Source: Macrostomum lignano
Lineage: Eukaryota
Assembly: GCA_002269645.1 (NCBI GenBank)
Contig: NIVC01000042.1
Coordinates: 558,001-622,000, forward strand
Reading direction: 5' to 3'
Length of the DNA: 64,000 nucleotides
Positions 31,401 through 41,200 of this stretch are shown here, one piece after another. The notes below the pieces were generated by a model. The model made no database searches, was not told the origin of the DNA, and was given only the letters and a program-made list of their open reading frames with translations. A program made the position numbers and the translations under genes. Each line of letters opens with the position of its first letter. The stretch's first letter is position 1.

Positions 31401-33690
31401 CAGTCGACTCTCACTCTGGTTGGATCGAGGCCTTTCCCTGTAAAGATCGATCCACAGATCAGATCATTAAATGCTTCAGAACTGTTTTCACACGCTTTGG
31501 TGTGCCTGAACTTTTAGTTTCGGACAATGCTCCGGAGTTCGTCAGCGATTCACTGAGAAGCTGGCTGCACCAAAATGGCATAAAGAAGATGGAATCCCCA
31601 ACTTATTATCCCCAGGCCAATGGATCGGCTGAGCGAGCAGTCCAGACAGTCAAACGAGCTCTGCGGGCCTGGAACGAACGAACCACTCACGCTGAATTTG
31701 TTCCCTATCTACAGCGATTGCTGTTTCATCACCGAAACTCATCCACGTGTAGGGGCAAGACGCCAGCTGAGATTGTTTTCGCACGCCAACTACGCGCTCC
31801 TGTAGTCTCCACGTTCAACCAAGGCGAGCGCGTTCTGTATCAGCCAACTTCGGACGTTCCACCCTCCACTGTCGAATACGTGATGAACCGAGGCCGCAAC
31901 ACGGCCTTCGTGTTGGACGGGAGCGAACTGCGTTTGGCAAGCGACAACCAACTTGCTCCACTGCCACACGACGATGAAGAATCAATGGCAGGAGATCCCG
32001 CAAACACGGAGGCAGGGAACCCCAGCGACAATTCGACCCAAGGCGCGCAAGAACAAGAAGCAGGTGGAATTCGCCGTAGCACCCGGATGCGTCGCCAACC
32101 AGACCGCTACTCCTCATGACTGCTAAAAAACGCATTAGCTACACATTACGAGTAACCAAATGAAACCTGACACGCTGGATTTGAATTAGTTATCTGTTGA
32201 GTTCCTAACATAAAGTTTACATTGTTCGGAGACATAGTTCAACTCTTTCCTTCTGGAGGGAGACATGACATACGCTCGTGCAATAGTCTATGGCCGCTGC
32301 GCCCAAATGCCGCCTCCCTCATCCCTTCCTAATATATAAGTGTCCTAGTTTCATAATCTTGTTACAAGCCCCGCTAGCATTAATGTGGTCCTAAAGCCAA
32401 ATAAACAAGCAAAGCAAGATACGAGCTTCGTTATTCATCAAGCACTAGAGTTGCCAGCAGAGCATCACATTTACTTTAAAACAAAAAAATTCCATTTTTA
32501 GCAAAGTCGGCAAAATTCTTGAGCCTACTGTGTCCATCAGCTTTCGGACAGGAGACACACCGCACTGCTTCGAAGTGAGTTGGCTGATTTTTCTCTCACC
32601 TACCACAATATTCACACTTAATCTTCAACCACAAGTGAAACCGACAGGGGCGTCGCCAGATTTTATAGTGAGGGAGGACAAAGCCAAATTGTGCATGTAC
32701 ATGACTAAATTTCTATATGTACATTATCGGTGTTGTAAGCGCTCGTTTTAGCACCGCAGGCACTCTTTTTGGCGCCGCAGGCACTGTTCTGTCGCCCTGA
32801 AGCAAAATTATTGATTTTCATAACGGGTCAAAGCAATTAGGTGGGGTTGGGGGGACAAATCATTGGCATGTCTTCCCATCGCTTTTACTGGGGGAGCATG
32901 CCCCCGCCCGGTTTCAACTTCTTTCAACCTCTGCCCACAATTTACATGTACATTCGCTCCCTTCCAGCCCTCGCTCAAAGTACACCGTCTCTCCTCCAAT
33001 TCTCACTCATAATGTATACTGGCTCTCTTCTGACCCTCACCCCATAATGTACATGTAAACGGTCTCTTTTCCAACCCTCACCCATAATGTACTTGTACAC
33101 GGTCTCTTCCAACCCTCACCCCATAATGTACATGTAAACGGTCTCTTTTCCAACCCTCACCCATAATGTACATGTACACGGTCTCTTCCAACCCTCACCC
33201 ATAATGTACACGGTCTCTCTTCCAACCCTCACCCATAACGTACACCGGCTCTTCCAACCCACACCCATAATGTACACGGTCTCTCTTCCAACCCTCACCC
33301 ATAATGTACACTGGCTCTTCCAACCCACACCCATAATGTACACTGGCTCTCTTCCAACCCTCACCCATAATGTACACTGGCTCTCTTCCAAACCTCGCCC
33401 ATACTGTAATGTACACGGATTCTCTTCCAATTCAACTCTCACCTAGCTACAATGTACACTGACTCTCGTCTCTTCCAACCCTCACCCGCAATGTAAAGTC
33501 TCTCTTCAAATCCTCATCATAATGTACATTCGCTTTCTTCCAACTCTCAACAACCCCAAACTCAGCAAGAGTTCGCCTATTTTTTCAGGTTCCTCTGTCA
33601 AAATTTCATCAGCTTCGCTTCACAGTCGCTGATCTGCTCAGAGATATGACCCAGTTGGAGAATCACCCGGCAGTTAAGCTGGACGCTTAG
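24844..33690 (+). CDS. COMMD5: COMM domain-containing protein 5-like, 215 aa; exons 24844-24973, 26059-26305, 27972-28067, 32502-32574, 33589-33690
   Basis: Phases 1/2/2/0 all match with GT-AG; total 648 nt. COMM domain EEFSWKIDVNICTS-KVGKILEPTVSISF..FE-VPLSKFHQLRFTVADLLRDMTQLE resembles COMMD5 DFRWRVDVAISTS..LQPSV..FEVPTAKFQELRYSVA (recalled). Exon 1 and the exon 2 acceptor are the least certain parts. Confidence 0.85.
26541..27586 (-). mobile_element. Mariner relic in COMMD5 intron 2: TIR-like end plus N-terminal HTH fragment
   Basis: TACGAGGTGTGTCCCAGAAGT at 26541; minus-strand QRHAIFTLWSLG..DIHENL..HG..TVYRWI (27380-27586) resembles the mariner N-terminal HTH; no catalytic domain. Confidence 0.6.
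26589..27129. mobile_element. Foldback/MITE with about 170-180 bp terminal inverted repeats
   Basis: 26589-26770 is the reverse complement of about 26961-27129 apart from a few substitutions and a ~14 bp indel; TA at both outer ends. Confidence 0.85.
28138..32469 (+). mobile_element. Full-length Ty3/Gypsy (Mag-like) LTR retrotransposon in COMMD5 intron 3
   Basis: LTRs 28138-28342 (205 bp) and 32266-32469 (204 bp), TG..CA ends; 5 bp TSD TTTAC (28133-28137 / 32470-32474); PBS-like TGGCGTCG after the 5' LTR; PPT GGAGGGAGACA before the 3' LTR. Confidence 0.97.
28343..32119 (+). CDS. Gag-Pol polyprotein, 1258 aa, uninterrupted
   Basis: Two Cys/His knuckles (CGYCGQVH..C, CSKC..NH..C), protease VDTGA, RT YQDD, RNase H TTDAS, integrase H-H-C-C and D..D..E in Gypsy order. 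Confidence 0.95.
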   Translation: MASQALGRIELSEPERALTWLTAFRALARAKKWKDEGANREIADNFLALCGLPALEKLTSLVAPKKIDELEFSAIEAAIQGYLQPKTRITIAERTRFYTIRQQHDESLPDYLSRLRKAAQHCKFDLLKEAESPEEVMIQLALVAGMHCPTTQQKVLEAMQIKELSVEEIVDFVAQIKQVKEFVSKQASTPFTTSPPKETVPEIHHGSLATKSNFTTPRKIGPRTGQCGYCGQVHVAGKCPAFGKTCSKCSKPNHFASVCRSSRPRQLHNVEELSNADTPQPDTTSLLHLGDADTIHAIDSTLENIVINGAQIPMQVDTGAAVSVISSTLWESLRRPALQKCHRRLQAYDGHTLKVLGKLSTAIELRGKFHPAELIVVQASKTFGLLGRDLLDSAQVHSTCFTSIGNSADALPVIKGIKAKMETIAGATPRFCRARPVPVALESSINAELDRLQQLGVIEPVDGPVSNASPVVWVKKKDGTLRMCADYSVHVNAKIKSEDYPIPSVEHLFSKLKNAKKFAKVDLRSAYWQIELDEAAQDLSIINTSKGLFRVKRLQMGMKNAYFIFQRAMESIPSDLKGVLIYQDDVLVFAENSDSLQKRLRAVKTRLAEKHVTINESKCIEATDEISFLGFKISAAGIQPDDRLVEKIRSIAQPKDKKELERFVGLINFFGRLVPNFSGKIQPLNRLRRADANFQWTAECDRAFRQLKTEIASQPIVQPYSLEKELTLTTDASKGALAGVVTQDGHPVIYISRCLSTAEQNYSNIEREALAVFWAVSRLKHYLLGRHFTIQTDHKPLEQLFGQSRGVPLNTSARISRWALAMMHLDYTIRYIPGEKIPHADALSRLRFTDSSNDSTEVCEAIDCVAFEPSVIPKNRVAAELELDELIKKVMHRIRSGNWAGCSQAEKPFQAVSQCLTIEDGLLFKGRQVYIPPRLRKEAFRAAHDTHSGSLATLNFMSLSCWWPGMRADIERFVSQCDVCNRLRSRLGKTRDTWPSTEYPFQKLHVDWAYVKNVGNILIAVDSHSGWIEAFPCKDRSTDQIIKCFRTVFTRFGVPELLVSDNAPEFVSDSLRSWLHQNGIKKMESPTYYPQANGSAERAVQTVKRALRAWNERTTHAEFVPYLQRLLFHHRNSSTCRGKTPAEIVFARQLRAPVVSTFNQGERVLYQPTSDVPPSTVEYVMNRGRNTAFVLDGSELRLASDNQLAPLPHDDEESMAGDPANTEAGNPSDNSTQGAQEQEAGGIRRSTRMRRQPDRYSS
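32645..32910 (+). mobile_element. Truncated copy of the 8684-9038 MITE family (opposite orientation)
   Basis: Begins CAGGGGCGTCGCCAGATTTTATAGTG; shares CATGTACATGACTAAATT and GGGGGACAAA blocks with the reverse complement of 8684-9038. Confidence 0.75.
33010..33540. repeat. Minisatellite, about 33-40 bp unit (CTCTTCCAACCCTCACCCATAATGTACACGG) in COMMD5 intron 4
   Basis: About 14 diverged tandem units. Confidence 0.92.
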
Positions 33691-35409
33691 CTACTATACT
33701 ATCAATGGTAATATTTACTTTGTCTGATTGACTCGTGCCTTGCAATTCTTCTATATTGAAAATTTGACTTACCAAGCAAATTGATGCCAGTTAATTGTAC
33801 TAATCAAATTAGATTGAGGAAATCACCGCTGATAATCAAGTTTTGCTCAATTTGTTTCGTGTAATTTGCTTTGTACTTTACTTGCGACTTTGCCACATCA
33901 GCAAGCACTTAATTTTCAATGTACAGTAACAACTATTATTCAATAATAATAGCATTGCCAATAATAGTTATCGGTTATTATTGTTACGGTCGAAAAAGCG
34001 TTGTGAATAATTAATAGTCAATTCTGTCTTTATTGCTATTATTTGCTTTAACCTTTAATTAGTAGATGTACAGAAGGAAGTGAGTAAAATTACAATTGAA
34101 ATACTTTTAAATGTGTTTTAGCTCTCTATCGAATCTGCGTCCGAATGTTCTAATGAAGTTGAGGCAATAAGCGGCAACTCCGACTCAGTGTTTTCTGCGG
34201 TGTTATACCCTCTCTTCGGATATTATATTTCAATCCTAGTCACTGGTGATATTCACGCAAAATACAGAGATGTAAACTTCCTAAATACGAAGTATGAAGC
34301 AATCAGAATAAGATGTACAGCAATACTTATCGATACTTTCGGATGATCTGGCGTTCGAGGCTAATGGTGTAGACTGTGGATTTAGTTGGTTTCTATCGAT
34401 ATCTCTGGTTGCTATGCTAGCGGGTCGGTAGTGGAGGGAAAAGGACAAGGGTCAAAGATTGCTTCGTACTTTCGTGCATTAAAATACAGCGTGATGTTAG
34501 GCTGCTATTAGTAGCCTGCGTTTAGCGAATCAGCAGATGAAAGTGCATGGATGGAGTTTTGTATACTAAAACGCATACGGTGGAAATGGCTACATTTCAC
34601 AATCAAGACTTGATTCTGCCTTTAAAAATTGTCACTAAGGAAAGCTCAAGAAATCTGTAAAATCTTTTTAAAAAGCACGATGTACAAATAAAATTTTAAA
34701 AAATGACGAGTAATTAGCACACACCAGTATAGGAGTATATCTACATGCGTAAAAAGTCACTTTAATTGAATGCTAAAAAGCAATCGAATACTTGATCAGC
34801 GTGCTTAAAAGTAATTTAGCTAAAAAAAATTCTACATAATTTCAACTGCTTATTACGAGTATTAAAAAACTAGGCTAGTTACTACGAGTAACAAGAAGAA
34901 GCTGTTTTACGCATTAGATTAACATTAGATTAATGCGTCTCGCCTGTCTGGACCATCGAGATATTATCTAGACGTCGTCGGTTCCTTCAATGGATGACAC
35001 CAGGCGACTAGCTAGTCTTACTGTTAATTTTATATGCAACAAATTATGTACTTCAAAATGGGAGCTCTTTATGAACTAAACTAGGAAAAAGGATAAATTC
35101 AGACTATCTGTTTGTATTAAAAATTAAGTGACCTTCAATTTAGTAGATTTGAGAGTAAAAAAGATAAAATATGCAAAATGATAAAAATGGGTTAATTTTT
35201 GGATCAATATAAGAAATAGAAAAAAATATTGAGAAAACCTCAACCACCACTACAAGGCAACCACTTCATCAAAATTGTAAGGGGGTTTTAGCACAGATTA
35301 TTATTACAAAGTTACTTCAACCAGGAAATTTTTAGGCCGTGCTAACGTCAAGCGGAAATTTTTTGTCATAGCTAACTTTATCTTGCCAATTGTAAAAGCA
35401 GAGTGCGGT

Positions 35410-35681
35410 AAAAGGCCTGTCAACTTATGCTCATAAAGTGGAGCCCAAGTAACCTGTGTACACAAGTGATACGTCATTCTGCTCACAGTGACATCAGGAA
35501 GCTGGGTTTGGCAAAAAGCGACGAAAGTTGGCTTGGGATAAGGGAGAACAAGCAAGGGGACAATTGGGAATATTACATGTATGTCAACTCAGCTCATAAA
35601 GTGGAGTCCCCAATTATCACAATTACCAATTATCAGCCCTTAAAGGGCTCTACTTAATGAGCTTAAGTTGACAGGCCTTTT
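35410..35681. mobile_element. MITE, 272 bp, 25 bp TIRs
   Basis: AAAAGGCCTGTCAACTTATGCTCAT (35410-35434) vs ATGAGCTTAAGTTGACAGGCCTTTT (35657-35681), 1 mismatch; internal repeat of the TIR motif near 35583. Confidence 0.8.
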
Positions 35682-35997
35682 CTTCATGGAATACCAGAAA
35701 TTTCTGGGCGATTGCTTCTTAAAATTTTGACGCAAGGACACTACAAGTTCGTTACGATTGTATCAGGGCATAACACTGGTTCTATCTGCCATCTTATTTG
35801 AAGTACCGATTTCGCTTTAAAATGGATTGGCAAAATATAAAATCCACACTTTGAAGCACTTAATGGATGATTTATGGCCTTCCGCTATTAAGACGGTGTT
35901 TTTTGTATTTAAGAGCTTGTTACATCCTGATGTAACCGTAACTTTTTGTGGTTGTTAGCTTAATGCTTAGCAAAAATTTAAGTCAAGCCAAGCAATC

Positions 35998-36984
35998 TCA
36001 TTGCTCGTCTTCCTTATGAGAGCTGGATCGATGCCTTTGCCGCTCCGTGCCCACAACTAACAAATCGGACCAAGAGCGCAGAGTCCTGTCACCGACTAGA
36101 ACAAGAAAAGCGGCCAATAGGTTCGGTGGCACGGTGTCCGATGCTATTGCACCTCTGGCTCCTTGCAGCGCGCTCATATACTGATCTCGACAGAGTGTCA
36201 TCGATCCAGAGGAGTTCCTCCGTTTGTCAAAGTTAAACAACAATGGCACCTTCATACAGTCCATTTGCATGAGAAGCACCGAGCAGAGCAGTCGGCTCGT
36301 GCGGCCATTACCATCTCTGTACGGATGAATGAGTAGGAAGCGCTCTAGAAACACGGCAGCTAGTTTGAAAGCGTCTCCGCGGTTGCGAGTTGTCATTGAT
36401 TGCTCTGAGCAGTAGTTGAACAGCACCTCTAATTCGGCAGGTATCTGCTCCCAATTCAAGTACTGAAAGGTTGAGTCGCGTGGCGCGGCATCGCATGTAC
36501 GAAAATTCCCAGCGTCTTGAGCGTTCGGCATCACCAACTTGTGAACGCGATGCGCCAGGTTAACATCGAATGATACTTCGATTTTCGAGCGCAAATCCAC
36601 GCCGAATAGGGTCTGGAGAGCTCGCTGGAGACTTTCAATTTCTGCCAAATCGTTCGCGTCACACTGCTCAGCTTCACTAGGCATCAGGAACGCGTCGTCA
36701 ATCGTGACAGATTGACCACCGGAAAACGAACGAACTTCGTGCAGTGCATAAAGTCTGGCCACATTTTCAATTGAGTTCTGCCCGGAATCGCTAAGACAGC
36801 GCCGATATTCAATACTGGTAGATTCCATTTCATCCGGCGATGCTAATAGCACCGTGTTTTCCAAGTACTCAAAATTGCCTAGCAATTCTTTTATTGTTTC
36901 GTCAGGTAGTAGAAGCGGGTCCAGACGATGGTCAAAGGTCACGGCCAAATGGTCCAGCTTTCGCAATTCCAGCTGCCGGGACAT
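35998..36984 (-). CDS. Fic/Doc-domain protein 1 (putative AMPylase), 328 aa
   Basis: Motif HPYRDGNGRTSR (Fic consensus HPFxDGNGRxxR), upstream AGNFR flap; no TM or TPR; single open exon. Confidence 0.9.
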   Translation of the reverse strand: MSRQLELRKLDHLAVTFDHRLDPLLLPDETIKELLGNFEYLENTVLLASPDEMESTSIEYRRCLSDSGQNSIENVARLYALHEVRSFSGGQSVTIDDAFLMPSEAEQCDANDLAEIESLQRALQTLFGVDLRSKIEVSFDVNLAHRVHKLVMPNAQDAGNFRTCDAAPRDSTFQYLNWEQIPAELEVLFNYCSEQSMTTRNRGDAFKLAAVFLERFLLIHPYRDGNGRTSRLLCSVLLMQMDCMKVPLLFNFDKRRNSSGSMTLCRDQYMSALQGARGAIASDTVPPNLLAAFLVLVGDRTLRSWSDLLVVGTERQRHRSSSHKEDEQ

Positions 36985-38236
36985 CTGGCTGCTGAAATGG
37001 ATGGAAGAAACTGTTTAAGATGTTAAAAGACCAAACAAAGACAAAACAATGTACTACTCACTATACGTAATTATATACAAAATTTACTTAACATTACTGA
37101 AGTGATGCATCTATTCTCCAACACTTTCCACCCGAATATAACTGTTAGGATTTTGCTTCTGGCCAATGAAAGAACTTTAGTTTACAATGAAAAGGATTCG
37201 ATAAGAAAAATCTTCATCCGATCATTGAATCCCGATTCCCACCTTCGGCTTCTCGAGAGACTTTCTCAACCATTGTAACTTAGCTGGATAAGAAACACCG
37301 ATTTGAACCACAACCAGGGAGAATCATTCGAATGCATGGTCTTGCTTATTTGGTTTCAACAATAAAACACTGAACACTTAGAACAAGATCCAAAAGATTA
37401 GAACACAAAATTAAAATAGCCTGTTAGGGCAATGTACTCGTAGATCCAATTTTACCAAAATGCTACGAGTACAAGGAAGATGACCACAAGATTCCCATTT
37501 TTTATATAGAGAAGGGATTCTGCTAACATTTTTTGGTCGCTCTGGTGCTAATAGTTCGTATAAGCACAAATGAAATCAAACTAAAAACACTTTGTAGTTC
37601 AAACAACATGTAAGGTATATTTAAGTACCGTACGATTTTACTTGATACAAATTTATCAACTACATAATATACTATATATACAATTGAGACAATATTTGAC
37701 AGTTGTTGCAACAAAAGCACGGTATACATACTTAAGCCTGCAGTGAGCTTGCAAATCCAGGACAAAATTGTGGAATTTATTGTGAATGTGCATGCACTTT
37801 GCCATTAGCTTGTACTGATGAAAGTATACCAGTAAGTCAATATATATTGAAGGCTAATTCACCAGATAGGAGCCACATCTCCTTTCCTCTTAACTCCTGA
37901 GTCGACTTCATTCATTTTTATAGCAGAAACATTTTTTTTCAATCATGCATTTTCTTTAAATTCCTAGGTAGCGAAACAGCGCTATAGGAAACTCCTGTTT
38001 AAAAATACTCGACTAAGGTTTATGCTATTTGCATGAATTTTAAACTTATGGCCACTGACATAAAACTGCACACAACAATAGCCAATCAAGTTCTGCGGCC
38101 AGAGTAGTAAATTAAATACCCATGCTTTAAGGGCGTTAATGACAAATCAGGGGCTTCACTGACAAAATAAACGCTGATAATACTGTACATGATACATACA
38201 AATTAGCAACAGACACTTCCAAACAATATAAAAAAA

Positions 38237-41200
38237 TTAGCTATTACAGAATAGAGCACGGTTTGCGACGGCTGCACCAAACAATGAGCCGTCTTTTCCG
38301 TTTTCAACATCAGCATCATCATCATCCACTAGTGCTAGTTCCTGATATTTAGAACAACAATATAGCCACTCGATCCAGCTGGTCACAGCCCTGTCCACTG
38401 ACGCCAATAAGTAGGCAGTTAACAAGCCTACATGGCCGCCGGGACCGCGGGCCTCGCGTAGACAGCGCAAGAAGATGTCTCTAGACTGAGAATTGGCCAG
38501 ACAGATGGACACAGGTTCGAGCAGTAGCGGTCGCAACAGCAGAGCGCATAATAGTCTGGCAGTTCTACCGTTGCCATCGCTGAATGGATGTATGGCCAGG
38601 TACTGTTCGATAAAGCTAGCTGCCAGGTGTACAGTCTCCAACAGGCTGCTATCAGATCGAATAGCGGCACGACAATTAGCAAATAGAACGTTTAGACGAT
38701 CTGAAATCTCTTCTGGTGGAGCGTAGTAAAAGTCCGGTTCATTCGCTGGCCGAGCCGGTCTAAGGCGGTAACTTCCAGGGCTGGGCAGCAGGTCCCGGCA
38801 CACGATGGAGTGCAACTGACACGCTAGGCTGGGCGTGAACTCCGACGCAATGTCGTCAACGGCGGAGTGAATGCTTCTGTCAATATCGCCGAATAGAAAT
38901 ATCGCTGCGTCCCATAAATTGCGCGTCACTTGATGGGTCGTCGGTAGGTTGGTCGGATTCGACGAAACCGGACAGAGGGCCTGTAGATGGGCAAATGAAA
39001 ATACAATGTCGCAGTAAATTATAAAAGCCATAGACAAAAAACATGGTAGATATGATTTTACGATACGAAACTTCCAACAATCAAACACTGGTTAAAATGC
39101 GTTGGCTAAAATCAGTAAAAGTTACTTTCTCTAGATTTGATACAGTTGTGGAATATCAAAGAGGAGCCTGAGCATTGTTCTTGACAATGATAGCGACTTC
39201 GTAGAACGATTTAGACTGAATTAGAATACCTATGACGAGCTTGAGCACCAAATTGGTCCGTTATCGACGCATCCAACATGACACAGATGTACATTGACAT
39301 CGAGTTAGCAAATTTTAACCACATTGCGCTTCTACGCTACTAATTTGTATTTGTGTTGGGGACGCTTATCGACCTTCTAAGGCCGCAAGCTGCCAAGTAG
39401 TGAAACGAGCCACCTATGCAATTAATTAAACACTATTCCAAGATACTGAAAAATGGCCAATCAACAACGTAGAGAACCCATGCAGTGGTAAACTTCAATA
39501 ACATCGGTGAAGTGCCTTAGGTATGTGGCGCATTGGATGGAACATTAGTCAACATAACGTGAGGATGAGGTGCGATTTGTAGACCGAAAAGGGGAACACT
39601 CGTTGAATCTCATGCTTGCTTTCGGACTGCAGCATCACCTCTTCTATGTGAATGCATCCTGGCCAGGATGTGTGAACGATGCACAGGTTTTTTGGAACAC
39701 TATCTTGTTTGACAGCTTTCAGCGATTTCGCTATTTCCCGAGTTGCACGTTGCTAGGCAACTCGATTTATCCATGCTTGCAATGGCTGATTCCTCCTGTC
39801 TCCTGTCAGAAACAGATTAATGCAGCTCATCGTTGTACCCGTAGCACTGTGGAAAGAGCAATTGGTCACTTGAAATAGGTTAATTGGTCACTATATTCAG
39901 AACAGTCTCATCCAACACCATCTACTTACTATTGTCCACTTTCTTTATAGTTGCACTCTGCAGATTTTTCCACGTTATGCCACGAGTGTGCGGAGTCATT
40001 AGCTCAGCTCTTTGTATCCACTGCAGTGCAAAACGTTAATCTCCTGCCAAGAGGTCTTCTTCCTTCGACTGCCTTCGCTGATGTTGGAGAAGCTGTCGAA
40101 TAGTATTTTCTTCCGTTCTAAAAACTCGTGCAAGAGAATTTTGCTCCTTTGATAACATATTTAACCCTGGACTGAAGTCGTCTGAATGAGTGGTTTGCTT
40201 TCCAGACTTTGCTTGTTTCCCTTCTTTTTATCGTCTCTTGTGTGTGTATGCGAGCTGCTTGTGATGTCTCCTCTGAGTTTTCGTTATCCGATGGAATTTT
40301 CAAAAATGGTGTTGTGACACATGGTACATGAATGACCGGATTTTACACACTGGTAATTATTGCTACTGATGTTATCGGGACTTCGTAAAGCTCGTTTTAT
40401 CAAGGCAGATAATTTTGTAAAAATATCTTTATTCAGCTATCTTTAAACCTTGTTTATTCACTTTTCCTTAAATTAAAGAAGTATGCACCAGAAAGGAATA
40501 TTAAACTAGCTAAATACACAATCAGTCTTTGTCTACAATCGAGAATCGATATTGACAGAGCTGTGACTCTCTCATCTCTTTCCGTCTCTTGGACTGGTCA
40601 ATAGATCAAGTTTTGATGTCGGACTCTTGGACTAATCGAGTGTTGATGCGAACGTAAGTTCTGTGAACGTCTCTTAGACTGATCAAGTGTTGATGTCGGT
40701 CTCTTGGACTGGTCAAGTGTTGATGTCGGTCTCTTGGACTGGTCAAGTGTTGATGTCGGTCTCTTGGACTGGTCAAGTGTTGATGTCGGTCTCTTGGACT
40801 GATCAAGTGTTGATGTCGGTCTCTTGGACTGATCAAGTGTTGATGTCGGTCTCTTGGACTGATCAAGTGTTGATGTCGGTCTCTTGGACTGATCAAGTGT
40901 TGATGTTGGTCTCTTGGACTGATCAAGTGTTGATGTCAGTCTCTTGGACTAATCGAGTGTTGATGCGAACGTAAGTTCTGTGAACGTCTCTTAGACTGAT
41001 CAAGTGTTGATGTCGGTCTCTTGGACTGGTCAAGTGTTGATGTCGGTCTCTTGGACTGGTCAAGTGTTGATGTCGGTCTCTTGGACTGGTCAAGTGTTGA
41101 TGTCGGTCTCTTGGACTGATCAAGTGTTGATGTCGGTCTCTTGGACTGATCAAGTGTTGATGTCGGTCTCTTGGACTGATCAAGTGTTGATGTCGGTCTC

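Noticed and set aside
28705-32135. Overlapping and antisense ORFs within the Gypsy element (and similar ones over SLC22, mariner, MYRF, RMC1)
   Set aside because: Shadow ORFs of GC-rich coding sequence with no recognisable motifs
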